Shown: one piece after another, positions 36,397 through 45,333 of the stretch
Position numbering within the stretch: the first letter of the stretch is position 1
How the letters are laid out: every line of letters starts with the position of its first letter
Source: Candidatus Aminicenantes bacterium
GTDB taxonomy: Bacteria; Acidobacteriota; Aminicenantia; Aminicenantales; JAFGBC01
Reading direction: 5' to 3'
Assembly: GCA_963702005.1 (NCBI GenBank)
Contig: OY969696.1
Coordinates: forward strand, 2,816,001 to 2,880,000
Length of the DNA: 64,000 bases
Program-made: the position numbers and the translations under genes
Notes under the pieces: generated by a model
Database searches by the model: none
What the model was told of the DNA's origin: nothing
The model's input: the letters and a program-made list of their open reading frames with translations, nothing else

Positions 36397-39300
36397 ATGG
36401 GGGACGGAGGACGGCTTCAGGTCTGCTCGAGCTGCCGGGCGGAGAATCCCGACGACAGCCGCTTCTGTCGCCAATGCGGCGCGCCGCTCCCCCACCCTCA
36501 TGAGACGCTCCCCTATCCCGTTTCCTCCGCTGAAGCGCACACGACGGCCGCCCCGGCCGCCGCGCCCCACTTCGCCCCCGGCGCCGCCTTCGGCAAGCGC
36601 TACCGGATTATCGAGGAGATTGGAAGCGGCGGCATGGGCCGCGTCTACAAGGCCGAGGACAAAGAGCTGGGGACGACGGTCGCCCTCAAGATGATCCGCC
36701 CCGAGCTCTCCGCCGACCGCGACGTCATCGACCTTTTCAAGAAAGAAATCATCCTGGCCCGCTCCATCTCGCACGAAAACGTCGTCCGCATCCACGACCT
36801 GGGCGAAATCGGCCGGGTCAAATACGTTTCGATGGACTTCATCAAAGGCGAAGACCTGAAGTCCCTGATCCGGCTCTCGGGGCCCCTCTCCGTGGACACG
36901 ACCCTCCAGATCGCGATCCAGGTCGGAGAAGCGCTCCGGGCCGCCCACCGCAAGAACATCGTCCACCAAGACCTCAAGCCCCAGAATATCATGATCGATC
37001 CGGGCGGCCGGGTGTTCGTCACGGATTTCGGGCTGGCGACGCTCAGGGCCGCCGACGGGGCCGCGGGACCGGCGGATGTGGTCGGAACGCCCTTCTACTT
37101 CTCGCCCGAACAGGCCCGGGGCGCGCCCGCCGATCCCCGGTCGGACATCTATTCGTTCGGCGTCGTCGTCTTCGAGATGCTGACCGGACGGGAGCCCTTC
37201 CGGGCCGCTACCGCCGCCGAACTCGCCCGCAAACACGTATCGGAGCCCCCGCCGCTTCCCTCCCGCTTCAATCCCGCCGTGCCGGCGGCCCTGGAGAAGA
37301 TCGTCCTCAAATGCCTGGCTAAAAAGCGGGAGGATCGCTATCAATCCTTCGACGAGATTCTGGCCGATCTTAAAAGGCTCGAGCCCGCCGGACGGGGCAG
37401 GGCGGCGCGGCGCTACGGCGGGAGACTCCTCTGGCTCCTGCCCTCGACTTTGGCGCTCCTGTTTCTGGCCGTCGTCGCCGTCAAGACTTTTCTCCCCAAA
37501 ACGGAGCGCCCCGCCGAGTCCGCTCTCCGCTCGCCCCTTAAGAGGATCTCGGTCGCCGTCCTCGACGCCGTCAACCACACCGGAGATCCTTCGCTGGACT
37601 ACTGGCGGGGGATGATCGAGGACCTGCTGTCCATCGACCTGGCCCAATCCCGCTACTTGGGCGTTCTGCCCGACGATCGGGTCAACCGGATCCTCAAGGA
37701 CATGGGCCGCCTCGACGCCAGCGAGCAAGCGACCGATGTCCTCGACCGGATCGCCGGGGAGGAAGGCGTCGAATATTTCATCCTGCCCAGTTTCGTACGG
37801 GTCGGCGACCGGTACCGGCTCAGCGTCAAAGTCCGCAAGGCAAAGGGGAGCGAGATCTTGGACACGGCTTGGGTCGACGGCCAGGACCTGCTCGTCATGG
37901 TCGACGACCTGACCCGAAAGCTCAAGACGGCCCTTCGGCTGTCCCAGTCCGAGATCGCCGCCGACTACGACCGGGAGCTGGCCCAGATCTCGACGACTTC
38001 GCTCGAAGCGCTCCGCTACTACATGGACGGCAAGCGCCTCTACCTCGACGAGAAATTCCAGGAGAGCAACGAAACCCTCGCCCGGGCGGTAGCCATCGAT
38101 CCGACCTTCGCCCTGGCCTATAAAAAAATGGCCGAGAACTACAACTACCTGGGCGACCTCAACCGAACCCGAGAGCGGATCGGCAAAGCGCTGGCGCTTC
38201 TCGATCACGTCTCGGAGCGGGAGCGCTACATGATTCAGGGATACGCCTCATATACCTTGGACGAGTCGCCGCAAAAAGCCGTCGAAAGCTATCGGCGGCT
38301 CCTCGAGTTTTATCCCAACGACGAGGAGGGGCACGTCCTGCTCGGCTCCATCTACAGGAATTCCGAACAGTGGGACGAGGCCGAACAGGAGTTCGAATAC
38401 GTGCTCGACCTTAACCCGCGGTCCGAATTGGCCATCGAGAACCTGGCCTACATCGACTCCGGGCTGGGACGATACGACAAGGCCATCGGCCTTATCCAGG
38501 CGCAACAGGCCCTCTTCCCCCGCTCCCTGCTGCTTTCCCGGCGCCTGGCTCAACTCGACACGATCACGGGTCGTCTCGATCAAGCGCGTCAAGAGATCGA
38601 TGACCTCCTCCGCACGAACCCCCAAGATTACAGTCATCTCGAACTCGAAGGGAATGTCCTTCAGCTCAAGGGCGATCTCCCGGCCGCCCGCTCCGTCTAT
38701 GAACGGCTCCGGAACGGCCGAAATCCCTCCGGCCGCTGCTTAGGACGGTTCTGGACGGCCCATCTTCTCCTCCTCCAGGGGCGTTTCCAGGAGGCCCGGA
38801 ACGAAGCCGCCTCGGGCCTGGAGGAATCGAAGAAAACCAACCAGATGCCCCAGACGATCAATTTCCGCCTTCTCCTTTCCCGTCTTGAGCTCGAGCAGAG
38901 CCATTGGGACGAGGCGGACGCCTCGGCCCGGACCGCTTATCAGACCGCCGACAAGATTCTCTACTCCCACGAAAAAAAGCAGGCCCTCCAGCTCGAGGGG
39001 CTTGCCCAGGCCGGCGCCGGCCGACTCGCTGAAGCGGAGCGGACCGCCGAGGAGCTCCGCGCCTTGCTCGACCGGACGGGCTGTCCCGCTCATTATAAAT
39101 ATTACGAGGCCCTCCGGGCCGCCATCGCGCTCAAGCGCGGCGCCGCGGCCGAAGCCGTCGGCTGGCAGGAAAAGGCGGTCGCCCGCTTATCCCAGCAGAT
39201 CGACAAATTCGATGATCAAGCTTTATTCTTCGACGGCCTGGGGCATGCCTACGAGGCGGCGGGATCGCCGGCTAAAGCCGTGGCCGTTTACGAAAAACTC

Positions 39301-39507
39301 ATCGCCCTGACGACCGGCCGACTCCGCTGGGGCGATTTATTCGCGCTGGCTTTTTATCGATCGGGCCGGCTCTACGAATCCGGGGGCGTCAAGGACAAGG
39401 CCGTCTCCGCCTATGAAAAGTTCCTGACTCTCTGGCGGCAAGCCAATGCCGGACGTCCCGAGCCCGCCGAGGCGCGGACCCGGCTCAACGCCTTGAGAGG
39501 GTCCTAG
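36397..39507 (+). CDS. Membrane Ser/Thr kinase: zinc ribbon + kinase + TM + TolB-like/TPR domain
   Basis: CSSC..CRQC, GSGGMGRVY, VALK, HQDLKPQN, DFG and SPEQ; TM segment LLWLLPSTLALLFLAVVAV; TPR array. Confidence 0.9.
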   Translation: MGDGGRLQVCSSCRAENPDDSRFCRQCGAPLPHPHETLPYPVSSAEAHTTAAPAAAPHFAPGAAFGKRYRIIEEIGSGGMGRVYKAEDKELGTTVALKMIRPELSADRDVIDLFKKEIILARSISHENVVRIHDLGEIGRVKYVSMDFIKGEDLKSLIRLSGPLSVDTTLQIAIQVGEALRAAHRKNIVHQDLKPQNIMIDPGGRVFVTDFGLATLRAADGAAGPADVVGTPFYFSPEQARGAPADPRSDIYSFGVVVFEMLTGREPFRAATAAELARKHVSEPPPLPSRFNPAVPAALEKIVLKCLAKKREDRYQSFDEILADLKRLEPAGRGRAARRYGGRLLWLLPSTLALLFLAVVAVKTFLPKTERPAESALRSPLKRISVAVLDAVNHTGDPSLDYWRGMIEDLLSIDLAQSRYLGVLPDDRVNRILKDMGRLDASEQATDVLDRIAGEEGVEYFILPSFVRVGDRYRLSVKVRKAKGSEILDTAWVDGQDLLVMVDDLTRKLKTALRLSQSEIAADYDRELAQISTTSLEALRYYMDGKRLYLDEKFQESNETLARAVAIDPTFALAYKKMAENYNYLGDLNRTRERIGKALALLDHVSERERYMIQGYASYTLDESPQKAVESYRRLLEFYPNDEEGHVLLGSIYRNSEQWDEAEQEFEYVLDLNPRSELAIENLAYIDSGLGRYDKAIGLIQAQQALFPRSLLLSRRLAQLDTITGRLDQARQEIDDLLRTNPQDYSHLELEGNVLQLKGDLPAARSVYERLRNGRNPSGRCLGRFWTAHLLLLQGRFQEARNEAASGLEESKKTNQMPQTINFRLLLSRLELEQSHWDEADASARTAYQTADKILYSHEKKQALQLEGLAQAGAGRLAEAERTAEELRALLDRTGCPAHYKYYEALRAAIALKRGAAAEAVGWQEKAVARLSQQIDKFDDQALFFDGLGHAYEAAGSPAKAVAVYEKLIALTTGRLRWGDLFALAFYRSGRLYESGGVKDKAVSAYEKFLTLWRQANAGRPEPAEARTRLNALRGS

Positions 39508-40555
39508 ACGCCAAGAATTTCTCCCGCGCCGCCCTCAACGCTTTCGCGATCCGGCAAGTCCAGCGCGGGATCCGTCCGATCTCGCTCCCCGGCGCCGCCG
39601 CATCCAAGGGACAGATCGCGCAGTCCTCGACTTCGGGACAGGTCAGGCAGGGACCGTCCGGCGTCATGAACCGCGTCATGCGGAGCGAGGCATATCGGGC
39701 CGCGACCTCGGGATGGACTCTCTGCCCTGAACGGACGAACCGCTCGACTCGACCGAAAGAATAGGAACGGGCCTCCCGGGAGGTCGACCTCCCGGGGAAA
39801 TGGTCGATGAAGAGGTGACAGCCCCAAACCGTTCCGTCCGGAGCGACGGCGATCCTGTTCGCGCCGCCGCCGCAGGCGAAAATTCCCCTCCCCCGGACCG
39901 GCCGGAATTCGGCCAGCGGAACGTGTCCCGTCTTTTTTCTCCATGCGCCGGCGAAGCGCCGGACCGCCGCCAGCTCATCCCCCAGCGCCGTTAGGGCGGC
40001 CCCGGACCAGGGCTCCAGGTTCGAGAAAGCGAGATGGATGTCTCTGACGCCGAGCTCATGAATAAGCCGCACGGAGCCGGACAAATAGCGGACGGTTTTT
40101 GGAGTGAACACGGAGTTCGTCTCGACCCGAATCTCAGGGGCGTCGACCAAGCGCTCCAGCGCGGGCAGGACCGTTGCCGTGCTCTCCTGTTCGCGGCCGA
40201 CGTGCTGGGCAAGACCGTCGAAAGACACAAGCAAGCGAAATCGGTGATCGCGGAAAAACGCGAGAATGTCATCCGTGATCAGGCTGCCGTTTGTCGTCAG
40301 CCCGAACCGGATTCGGCGGCCTCCGTTCTTATTTTCCACGGCCGCGACCGCCCGGCGGATGAGGTCGAACGCGACGAGCGGCTCTCCTCCGTAGAAATGG
40401 ATTTCGCTTCGGACGGCCAGATGGGGAAGGAAGACATCCAAGGCCCGGTCCAAGACGGCGGGCGTCATCGTCTGCCGGCCCCGAAGCTGATAGCAATAGG
40501 AACAGCGGAAATTACACCGTTCGGTCAGATAGAGCAGAAGGGTTGAGAATTCCAT
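39485..40555 (-). CDS. Radical SAM protein with SPASM domain
   Basis: CNFRCSYC, FYGGEP, TTNG and SFDG; SPASM cysteines CGGG...GC...CLTCPEVEDCAICP...C. Confidence 0.9.
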   Translation of the reverse strand: MEFSTLLLYLTERCNFRCSYCYQLRGRQTMTPAVLDRALDVFLPHLAVRSEIHFYGGEPLVAFDLIRRAVAAVENKNGGRRIRFGLTTNGSLITDDILAFFRDHRFRLLVSFDGLAQHVGREQESTATVLPALERLVDAPEIRVETNSVFTPKTVRYLSGSVRLIHELGVRDIHLAFSNLEPWSGAALTALGDELAAVRRFAGAWRKKTGHVPLAEFRPVRGRGIFACGGGANRIAVAPDGTVWGCHLFIDHFPGRSTSREARSYSFGRVERFVRSGQRVHPEVAARYASLRMTRFMTPDGPCLTCPEVEDCAICPLDAAAPGSEIGRIPRWTCRIAKALRAAREKFLASRTLSRR

Positions 40556-40711
40556 TCGGTCGCGGGGCGGCCGCGGCGGCCCTTCCAACGGAAATACTAA
40601 GCCGGGCGGAATATAGTTGACTCCATATTTCTTTATCGCCCGGCTAGTACTCGGGGAGCGGCAAGGATTATGCAAAATATATACTGCTCCCCGTAGTAAC
40701 TATGTTTCAGA

Positions 40712-40948
40712 TCAGCGCACGGTCCGGCGCGGCAAACTTCCCTGACACATGTCCCCGGCCTTCAGGTCGGCGAGATTGCCCACGGAATTGATAATTCCGC
40801 CGCAGGCTTTTCGCGCTTCCTTGTAAACCTTGAAGAGCGGATCGCCGGCGGGGGGCGCCTTGACTTTTTCCAGAAAAGTCGCGATGGCATCCAACCCCTT
40901 TACGAGCTCCGCCGGATAAGGATGTTCTGTGATCGGTCTTTTCGCCAT
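40712..40948 (-). CDS. Small peptide, candidate RiPP precursor 1 (78 aa)
   Basis: SD AAGGAGGG; ends KAGDMCQGSLPRRTVR; paralogous to 41007-41228. Confidence 0.7.
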   Translation of the reverse strand: MAKRPITEHPYPAELVKGLDAIATFLEKVKAPPAGDPLFKVYKEARKACGGIINSVGNLADLKAGDMCQGSLPRRTVR

Positions 40949-41006
40949 GGAAACCCTCCTTGTCTCCGATTCCTCTGGACAGGCCGCGATCAGCCCGCCT
41001 CGCCCC

Positions 41007-41228
41007 TCAGCGCCGCGGAAGTCCGGTCGGACAGGGACCGCCTTTGTCTTTACACAAGAGCTTGACGAGTACGGCGCAGGCGGCTTCCGCTTTCAATTGG
41101 AGACGGGCCAGCGCGGGCGGCAACTCGATGTGAGCGGCCTTTAGCTCGCGCAAGAACGCATCAATATCCCCTAGAAGCTGCGCGACGCTCACCCGGTCAC
41201 CCTTAGGATCGAATCTCTTGATAGGCAT
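41007..41228 (-). CDS. Small peptide, candidate RiPP precursor 2 (73 aa)
   Basis: SD AAGGAGGGG before ATG 41228; MPIKRFDPK...KGGPCPTGLPRR. Confidence 0.7.
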   Translation of the reverse strand: MPIKRFDPKGDRVSVAQLLGDIDAFLRELKAAHIELPPALARLQLKAEAACAVLVKLLCKDKGGPCPTGLPRR

Positions 41229-41352
41229 GCTCCCCTCCTTACAAGGATATCGTAGCAAAGACGGTCCTGGGAAATAAAGCGGTATTTTTCGCGTCAATCC
41301 TAAACGTTCAACCGCCTTTTTCCGTATAGGATAAGTGGGGACAAGCACGAAC

Positions 41353-42279
41353 ATGGCCGGCAGCGAACAAAACGTCGTCGAGGTCGAAAGCCTCCGAAAA
41401 AGCTACGGAACGGTGACCGCCGTCGCCGGCATATCTTTCGCTGTCCGGCGGGGCGAAATCTTCGGGCTGGTCGGCCCCAACGGCGCCGGCAAGACGACGA
41501 CCGTCGAATGCCTGGAGGGACTCCGGCGTCCCGACGACGGCCGGGTCCGCCTTCTCGGCTGCGATCCTCAGCGCGAGGGCCGCAGCCTCAGGGAGCGGCT
41601 CGGCATCCAACTCCAGGAATCGGAACTCCAGGCCCGGATCAAGGTCTGGGAGGCTTTGGACCTCTACGCTTCTTTTTACAGCCGGTCCATCGACTGGCGA
41701 CCTCTCATCGCCCAACTCGGGCTCGGGGACAAGGCCGAAACGCCGTTCGCCAAATTATCGGGCGGGCAGAAGCAGAGGCTGTTCGTGGCCCTGGCCCTCG
41801 TCAACGACCCCGACCTCGTTTTCCTCGACGAGCTGACGACCGGGCTCGACCCCCAGGCCCGGCGCACGATCTGGGACCTCGTCCGTTCGGTCCGGGACAG
41901 GGGGAAAACGGTCGTCCTGACAACCCACTTCATGGAAGAAGCGGAACGGCTCTGCGACCGCGTCGCGATCATGGATCGAGGCGGCCTGGTCGCCCTGGAC
42001 ACACCGGAAAACCTCATCCGCGGCCTGAACGCCGAAAACAGGGTCGTGTTCGTCCCCGATCCGGGCTTCGAGGCGCGGCTCCTCGAGTCCTGCCCGGGCG
42101 TCACACGGATCGAGGCGTCGGCCGGACGGGTCATCGTCTACGGCCACGGCGAGCGGCTCGTCGCCGACGTCGTGGATTTCATCATCGCCAAGGGCTTCCG
42201 GTTCCGGGACTTAAGGACCGAGCAGGCTTCGCTCGAGGACGTCTTCCTGGCCCTGACCGGCCGCGAGATCAGGGAATGA
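41353..42279 (+). CDS. ABC-2 exporter ATP-binding subunit
   Basis: GPNGAGKTT, LSGGQKQR, LDELTTGLD and TTH. Confidence 0.93.
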   Translation: MAGSEQNVVEVESLRKSYGTVTAVAGISFAVRRGEIFGLVGPNGAGKTTTVECLEGLRRPDDGRVRLLGCDPQREGRSLRERLGIQLQESELQARIKVWEALDLYASFYSRSIDWRPLIAQLGLGDKAETPFAKLSGGQKQRLFVALALVNDPDLVFLDELTTGLDPQARRTIWDLVRSVRDRGKTVVLTTHFMEEAERLCDRVAIMDRGGLVALDTPENLIRGLNAENRVVFVPDPGFEARLLESCPGVTRIEASAGRVIVYGHGERLVADVVDFIIAKGFRFRDLRTEQASLEDVFLALTGREIRE

Positions 42280-42292
42280 GGAGAGCGCGGAT

Positions 42293-43036
42293 ATGCGCGG
42301 ACTCTGGAAGCTGACCTGGACCGAGATCAAGCTGTTCCTCCGCGAACCCTATTCGACCTTTTTCACCCTGGCTTTCCCGCTCATGCTCCTCTTCCTGTTC
42401 GGGTCCATCTACGGCAACAAACCGACGCCCTTCTTCAACGGACACGGCTCGGTGGACGTCCTCCTGCCCTGCTACGCCGCGCTCCTCATCGGGAACTCCG
42501 GGCTTCTCTCGATGACTATCTACATGGCCGTTTACCGGGAGAGGGGCGTCCTGCGCCGCCTCCACGCCACCCCCCTCAAGCCCCTGACCGTGCTGGGCGC
42601 CCAAGTCCTGGTCGTTTTTCTGATGTGCACGCTGGGCCTCGGCCTCCTCATCGCCGCCGCCAAGCTCGTCTACGGCTTGAAGTTCGCGGGCGACCCGCTT
42701 TCCGTCCTGGGCGCCTACATCTTGAGCTGCCTCGGTATTTTCGCGCTGGGGTTCGTCCTGGCCAGCGTCCTGCCCACGGCCCGGACCGCCCAGGCCGTCG
42801 CCATGGCCCTGTTCTATCCGATGATGTTCCTGTCCGGAGCGGCCATGCCCAAGGAAATCCTCCCGCTGACGATCCGGCGCGTCGCTCGCTTCCTTCCCCT
42901 GACCCACGTCGTCGATCTTCTGCGCGGATTGTGGCTGGGGGACGTGTGGAGCCGGCACCTGACCGAAGTCGCGGCCCTGGCCGGTTTGTTCGTCGTCTGC
43001 GTCGCCGTCTCCCTCAAGACTTTTCGCTGGGAATAG
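42293..43036 (+). CDS. ABC-2 exporter permease
   Basis: Six TM segments, RERGVLRRL and PLTH. Confidence 0.9.
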   Translation: MRGLWKLTWTEIKLFLREPYSTFFTLAFPLMLLFLFGSIYGNKPTPFFNGHGSVDVLLPCYAALLIGNSGLLSMTIYMAVYRERGVLRRLHATPLKPLTVLGAQVLVVFLMCTLGLGLLIAAAKLVYGLKFAGDPLSVLGAYILSCLGIFALGFVLASVLPTARTAQAVAMALFYPMMFLSGAAMPKEILPLTIRRVARFLPLTHVVDLLRGLWLGDVWSRHLTEVAALAGLFVVCVAVSLKTFRWE

Positions 43037-43089
43037 GCGGCCGCTGCCCTGTTCGGGTTTCGTCCCTCATGTGCTACAATAGCCGGACC

Positions 43090-44544
43090 ATGAATCTGTC
43101 CATCGCGTTCCTCGCCTCCGAAGTCGCCCCCTTCGCCAAGACCGGCGGCCTGGCCGATGTGGCCGGGGCTCTCCCCCGCGCCCTGGCCGGAGCCGGAACC
43201 TCCGTCCGCGTCCTGATGCCTTTCTACCGCGAGGTCAAGAAGAAGAATCTTCCCGTCCGGAAACTCTTCGAGGACTCGATCTCGGACGGCATGGGCCGTT
43301 CCCTTCCTTACGCCGTCCATGAGCTCGACGAGGCGGGCGTTTCAACCCTTTTCATCGAGCACGACGCCTTTTTCGACCGCGAATTCCTCTACGGAACTCC
43401 GGCCGGCGATTATCCCGACAACGGGGAAAGGTTCGCGTTCTTCGCGCGCGCCGCCCTCGAAACACTGGCTAAAACGGGCAAGGCCGTCGACATCGTCCAC
43501 GCCCACGACTGGCAGTCCGCCCCTGCCCTCGCCTATCTTAAATTCAGGTACGCCGAAGACTCGTTTTTCGACCGGACCCGGACCGTATTCACCATCCACA
43601 ACCTGGCTTATCAGGGCCGGTTCGAAAAAGATATTTTAGGCAGAATTGGGCTTCCCGACAGCCTGTTCAACATGAACGACCTCGAGTTCTACGGAAAGGT
43701 CAACTTCCTCAAGGCCGGGATCCTCTACGCGGACGCCGTGACCACGGTCAGCCCCCGCTACAGCCGGGAGATCCAAACGCCCGAGTTCGGCTGCGGCCTG
43801 GACGGGCTCCTCCGTCAGCGGAGCGGCGTCCTCCACGGCATCCTCAACGGCGTCGATTATGCCGCCTGGGACCCCGCCCGCGACGCCCTCATCCCGGCCC
43901 GCTATGGCCAGGCCGACCTAGCGGGAAAAGCCGTCTGCAAAAAGGAGCTCATCCGGATGTTCGGCCTTCCGACCGCCGCGGCCGGTCGTCCCGTCGTCGG
44001 CGTCGTCTCCCGGCTGGCCGGACAGAAGGGGTTCGACCTCGTCGCGGACGCCCTCGACGAAATGTTCAAGCGGGACTTCGTGCTGATCGTCCTGGGCACG
44101 GGCGAGGACAAGATCCAGGAAGCCCTGAAGGCCGCTCAAAAAGCCCATCCCGACCGGTTCGGGCTGAGGATCGCCTTCGACGAGAAGATCGCCCACACCA
44201 TCTACGCCGGGAGCGATATCTTCCTCATCCCATCCCGGTACGAGCCTTGCGGGCTGACCCAGATGTACAGCCTCAAGTACGGAACCATTCCCGTCGTCCG
44301 AGCCACCGGCGGCCTCGACGATACGATCCGGGAGTTTGACTCCGCGGCCCGGACCGGAAACGGGTTCAAGTTTGAAGCCTACGAGGAAGCGGCGCTGCTC
44401 GCTTGCCTGGACCGAGCCCTCGCTCAATGGAAAAATAAAAACGTCTGGAGCGTCCTGGTACGAAACGCGATGGCCGAGGATTTCTCCTGGGGGCGTTCCG
44501 CCCAGGCTTATCTCGACCTGTATCGGTCCGTAGCGAACGGTTGA
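43090..44544 (+). CDS. glgA: Glycogen synthase
   Basis: KTGGLADV, HAHDWQ, TIHNLAYQG, SRYEPCGLTQ and TGGL. Confidence 0.95.
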   Translation: MNLSIAFLASEVAPFAKTGGLADVAGALPRALAGAGTSVRVLMPFYREVKKKNLPVRKLFEDSISDGMGRSLPYAVHELDEAGVSTLFIEHDAFFDREFLYGTPAGDYPDNGERFAFFARAALETLAKTGKAVDIVHAHDWQSAPALAYLKFRYAEDSFFDRTRTVFTIHNLAYQGRFEKDILGRIGLPDSLFNMNDLEFYGKVNFLKAGILYADAVTTVSPRYSREIQTPEFGCGLDGLLRQRSGVLHGILNGVDYAAWDPARDALIPARYGQADLAGKAVCKKELIRMFGLPTAAAGRPVVGVVSRLAGQKGFDLVADALDEMFKRDFVLIVLGTGEDKIQEALKAAQKAHPDRFGLRIAFDEKIAHTIYAGSDIFLIPSRYEPCGLTQMYSLKYGTIPVVRATGGLDDTIREFDSAARTGNGFKFEAYEEAALLACLDRALAQWKNKNVWSVLVRNAMAEDFSWGRSAQAYLDLYRSVANG

Positions 44545-44600
44545 CAAACGATTTTCATCCGGTAGTTAATAGAGCCACATTCCGAGAAAGGAGGATCACC

Positions 44601-45326
44601 ATGAGGGAATCCGTCGTCGTCATCGGAGCGCTGCTGCTGGCGGTCGTCGTCGGGGCCGCGCCCGGCGCCCAGGCCGCCACGAAATGCACCTTCTACGTCG
44701 TCCATGGGATCCCGGGCCAGGACGTCGGCAAGGCCGCCGACCTGCCGGTCGACGTCTCCTTCAACGGGGTTTATGTCGTCAAGGCCCTGAAATTCGGGAA
44801 AGTCTCGGCCGCCCTCAAGCTCGATCCCGGAAGCTACGGAGTCAAGGTCTATGAAGCGGGGATGGGTCCGGCCGCGGCCGCGACGCCGCTCATCCAGGCG
44901 ACCGTCGCCCTGGCCGATAACGAGCAGGCCTCGATCGTCCTCCATCTGACGAGGACGGGTAAGGCGACTCTGACGAGATTCAGGGACGACCTGTCGAAGA
45001 TCCCCAACGCCAGCGGCCGGATTGTCGTCCACGCGCTGCTGGCCGGCGCGGATATGGGCTATAGGTTCACGGACAATCTGTACGAGCATGGCCACCCCAT
45101 GAATACGGTCGACTGGCTCCAGAACGGCAACAGAATCGCCATGGAAGTCGGCACGATGGCGGGATCCGCGTACACGCTTGAGATCATCGAAGCCAGTGAG
45201 AACGCGCCGACTTTCCTCAAGAAGGCTGTGACCGTCCTGCCCAATAAGGTCCAGCTGATCTACGTCGTCGGGACGGCAAGAACTTCGTCGATCGCCGCGC
45301 TCAACAGGGTTGCGGCCGTCAAATAG
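44601..45326 (+). CDS. Secreted DUF4397-like protein
   Basis: Signal peptide and YVVHGIPG...PVDV; SD AGGAGG. Confidence 0.7.
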   Translation: MRESVVVIGALLLAVVVGAAPGAQAATKCTFYVVHGIPGQDVGKAADLPVDVSFNGVYVVKALKFGKVSAALKLDPGSYGVKVYEAGMGPAAAATPLIQATVALADNEQASIVLHLTRTGKATLTRFRDDLSKIPNASGRIVVHALLAGADMGYRFTDNLYEHGHPMNTVDWLQNGNRIAMEVGTMAGSAYTLEIIEASENAPTFLKKAVTVLPNKVQLIYVVGTARTSSIAALNRVAAVK

Positions 45327-45333
45327 GCCGGGC

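Noticed and set aside
40659-40674. sigma54-like CGGCAAGGATTATGCA on the + strand
   Set aside because: It points antisense to the peptide genes with no downstream + strand gene nearby, so it is likely chance or part of the rSAM promoter.
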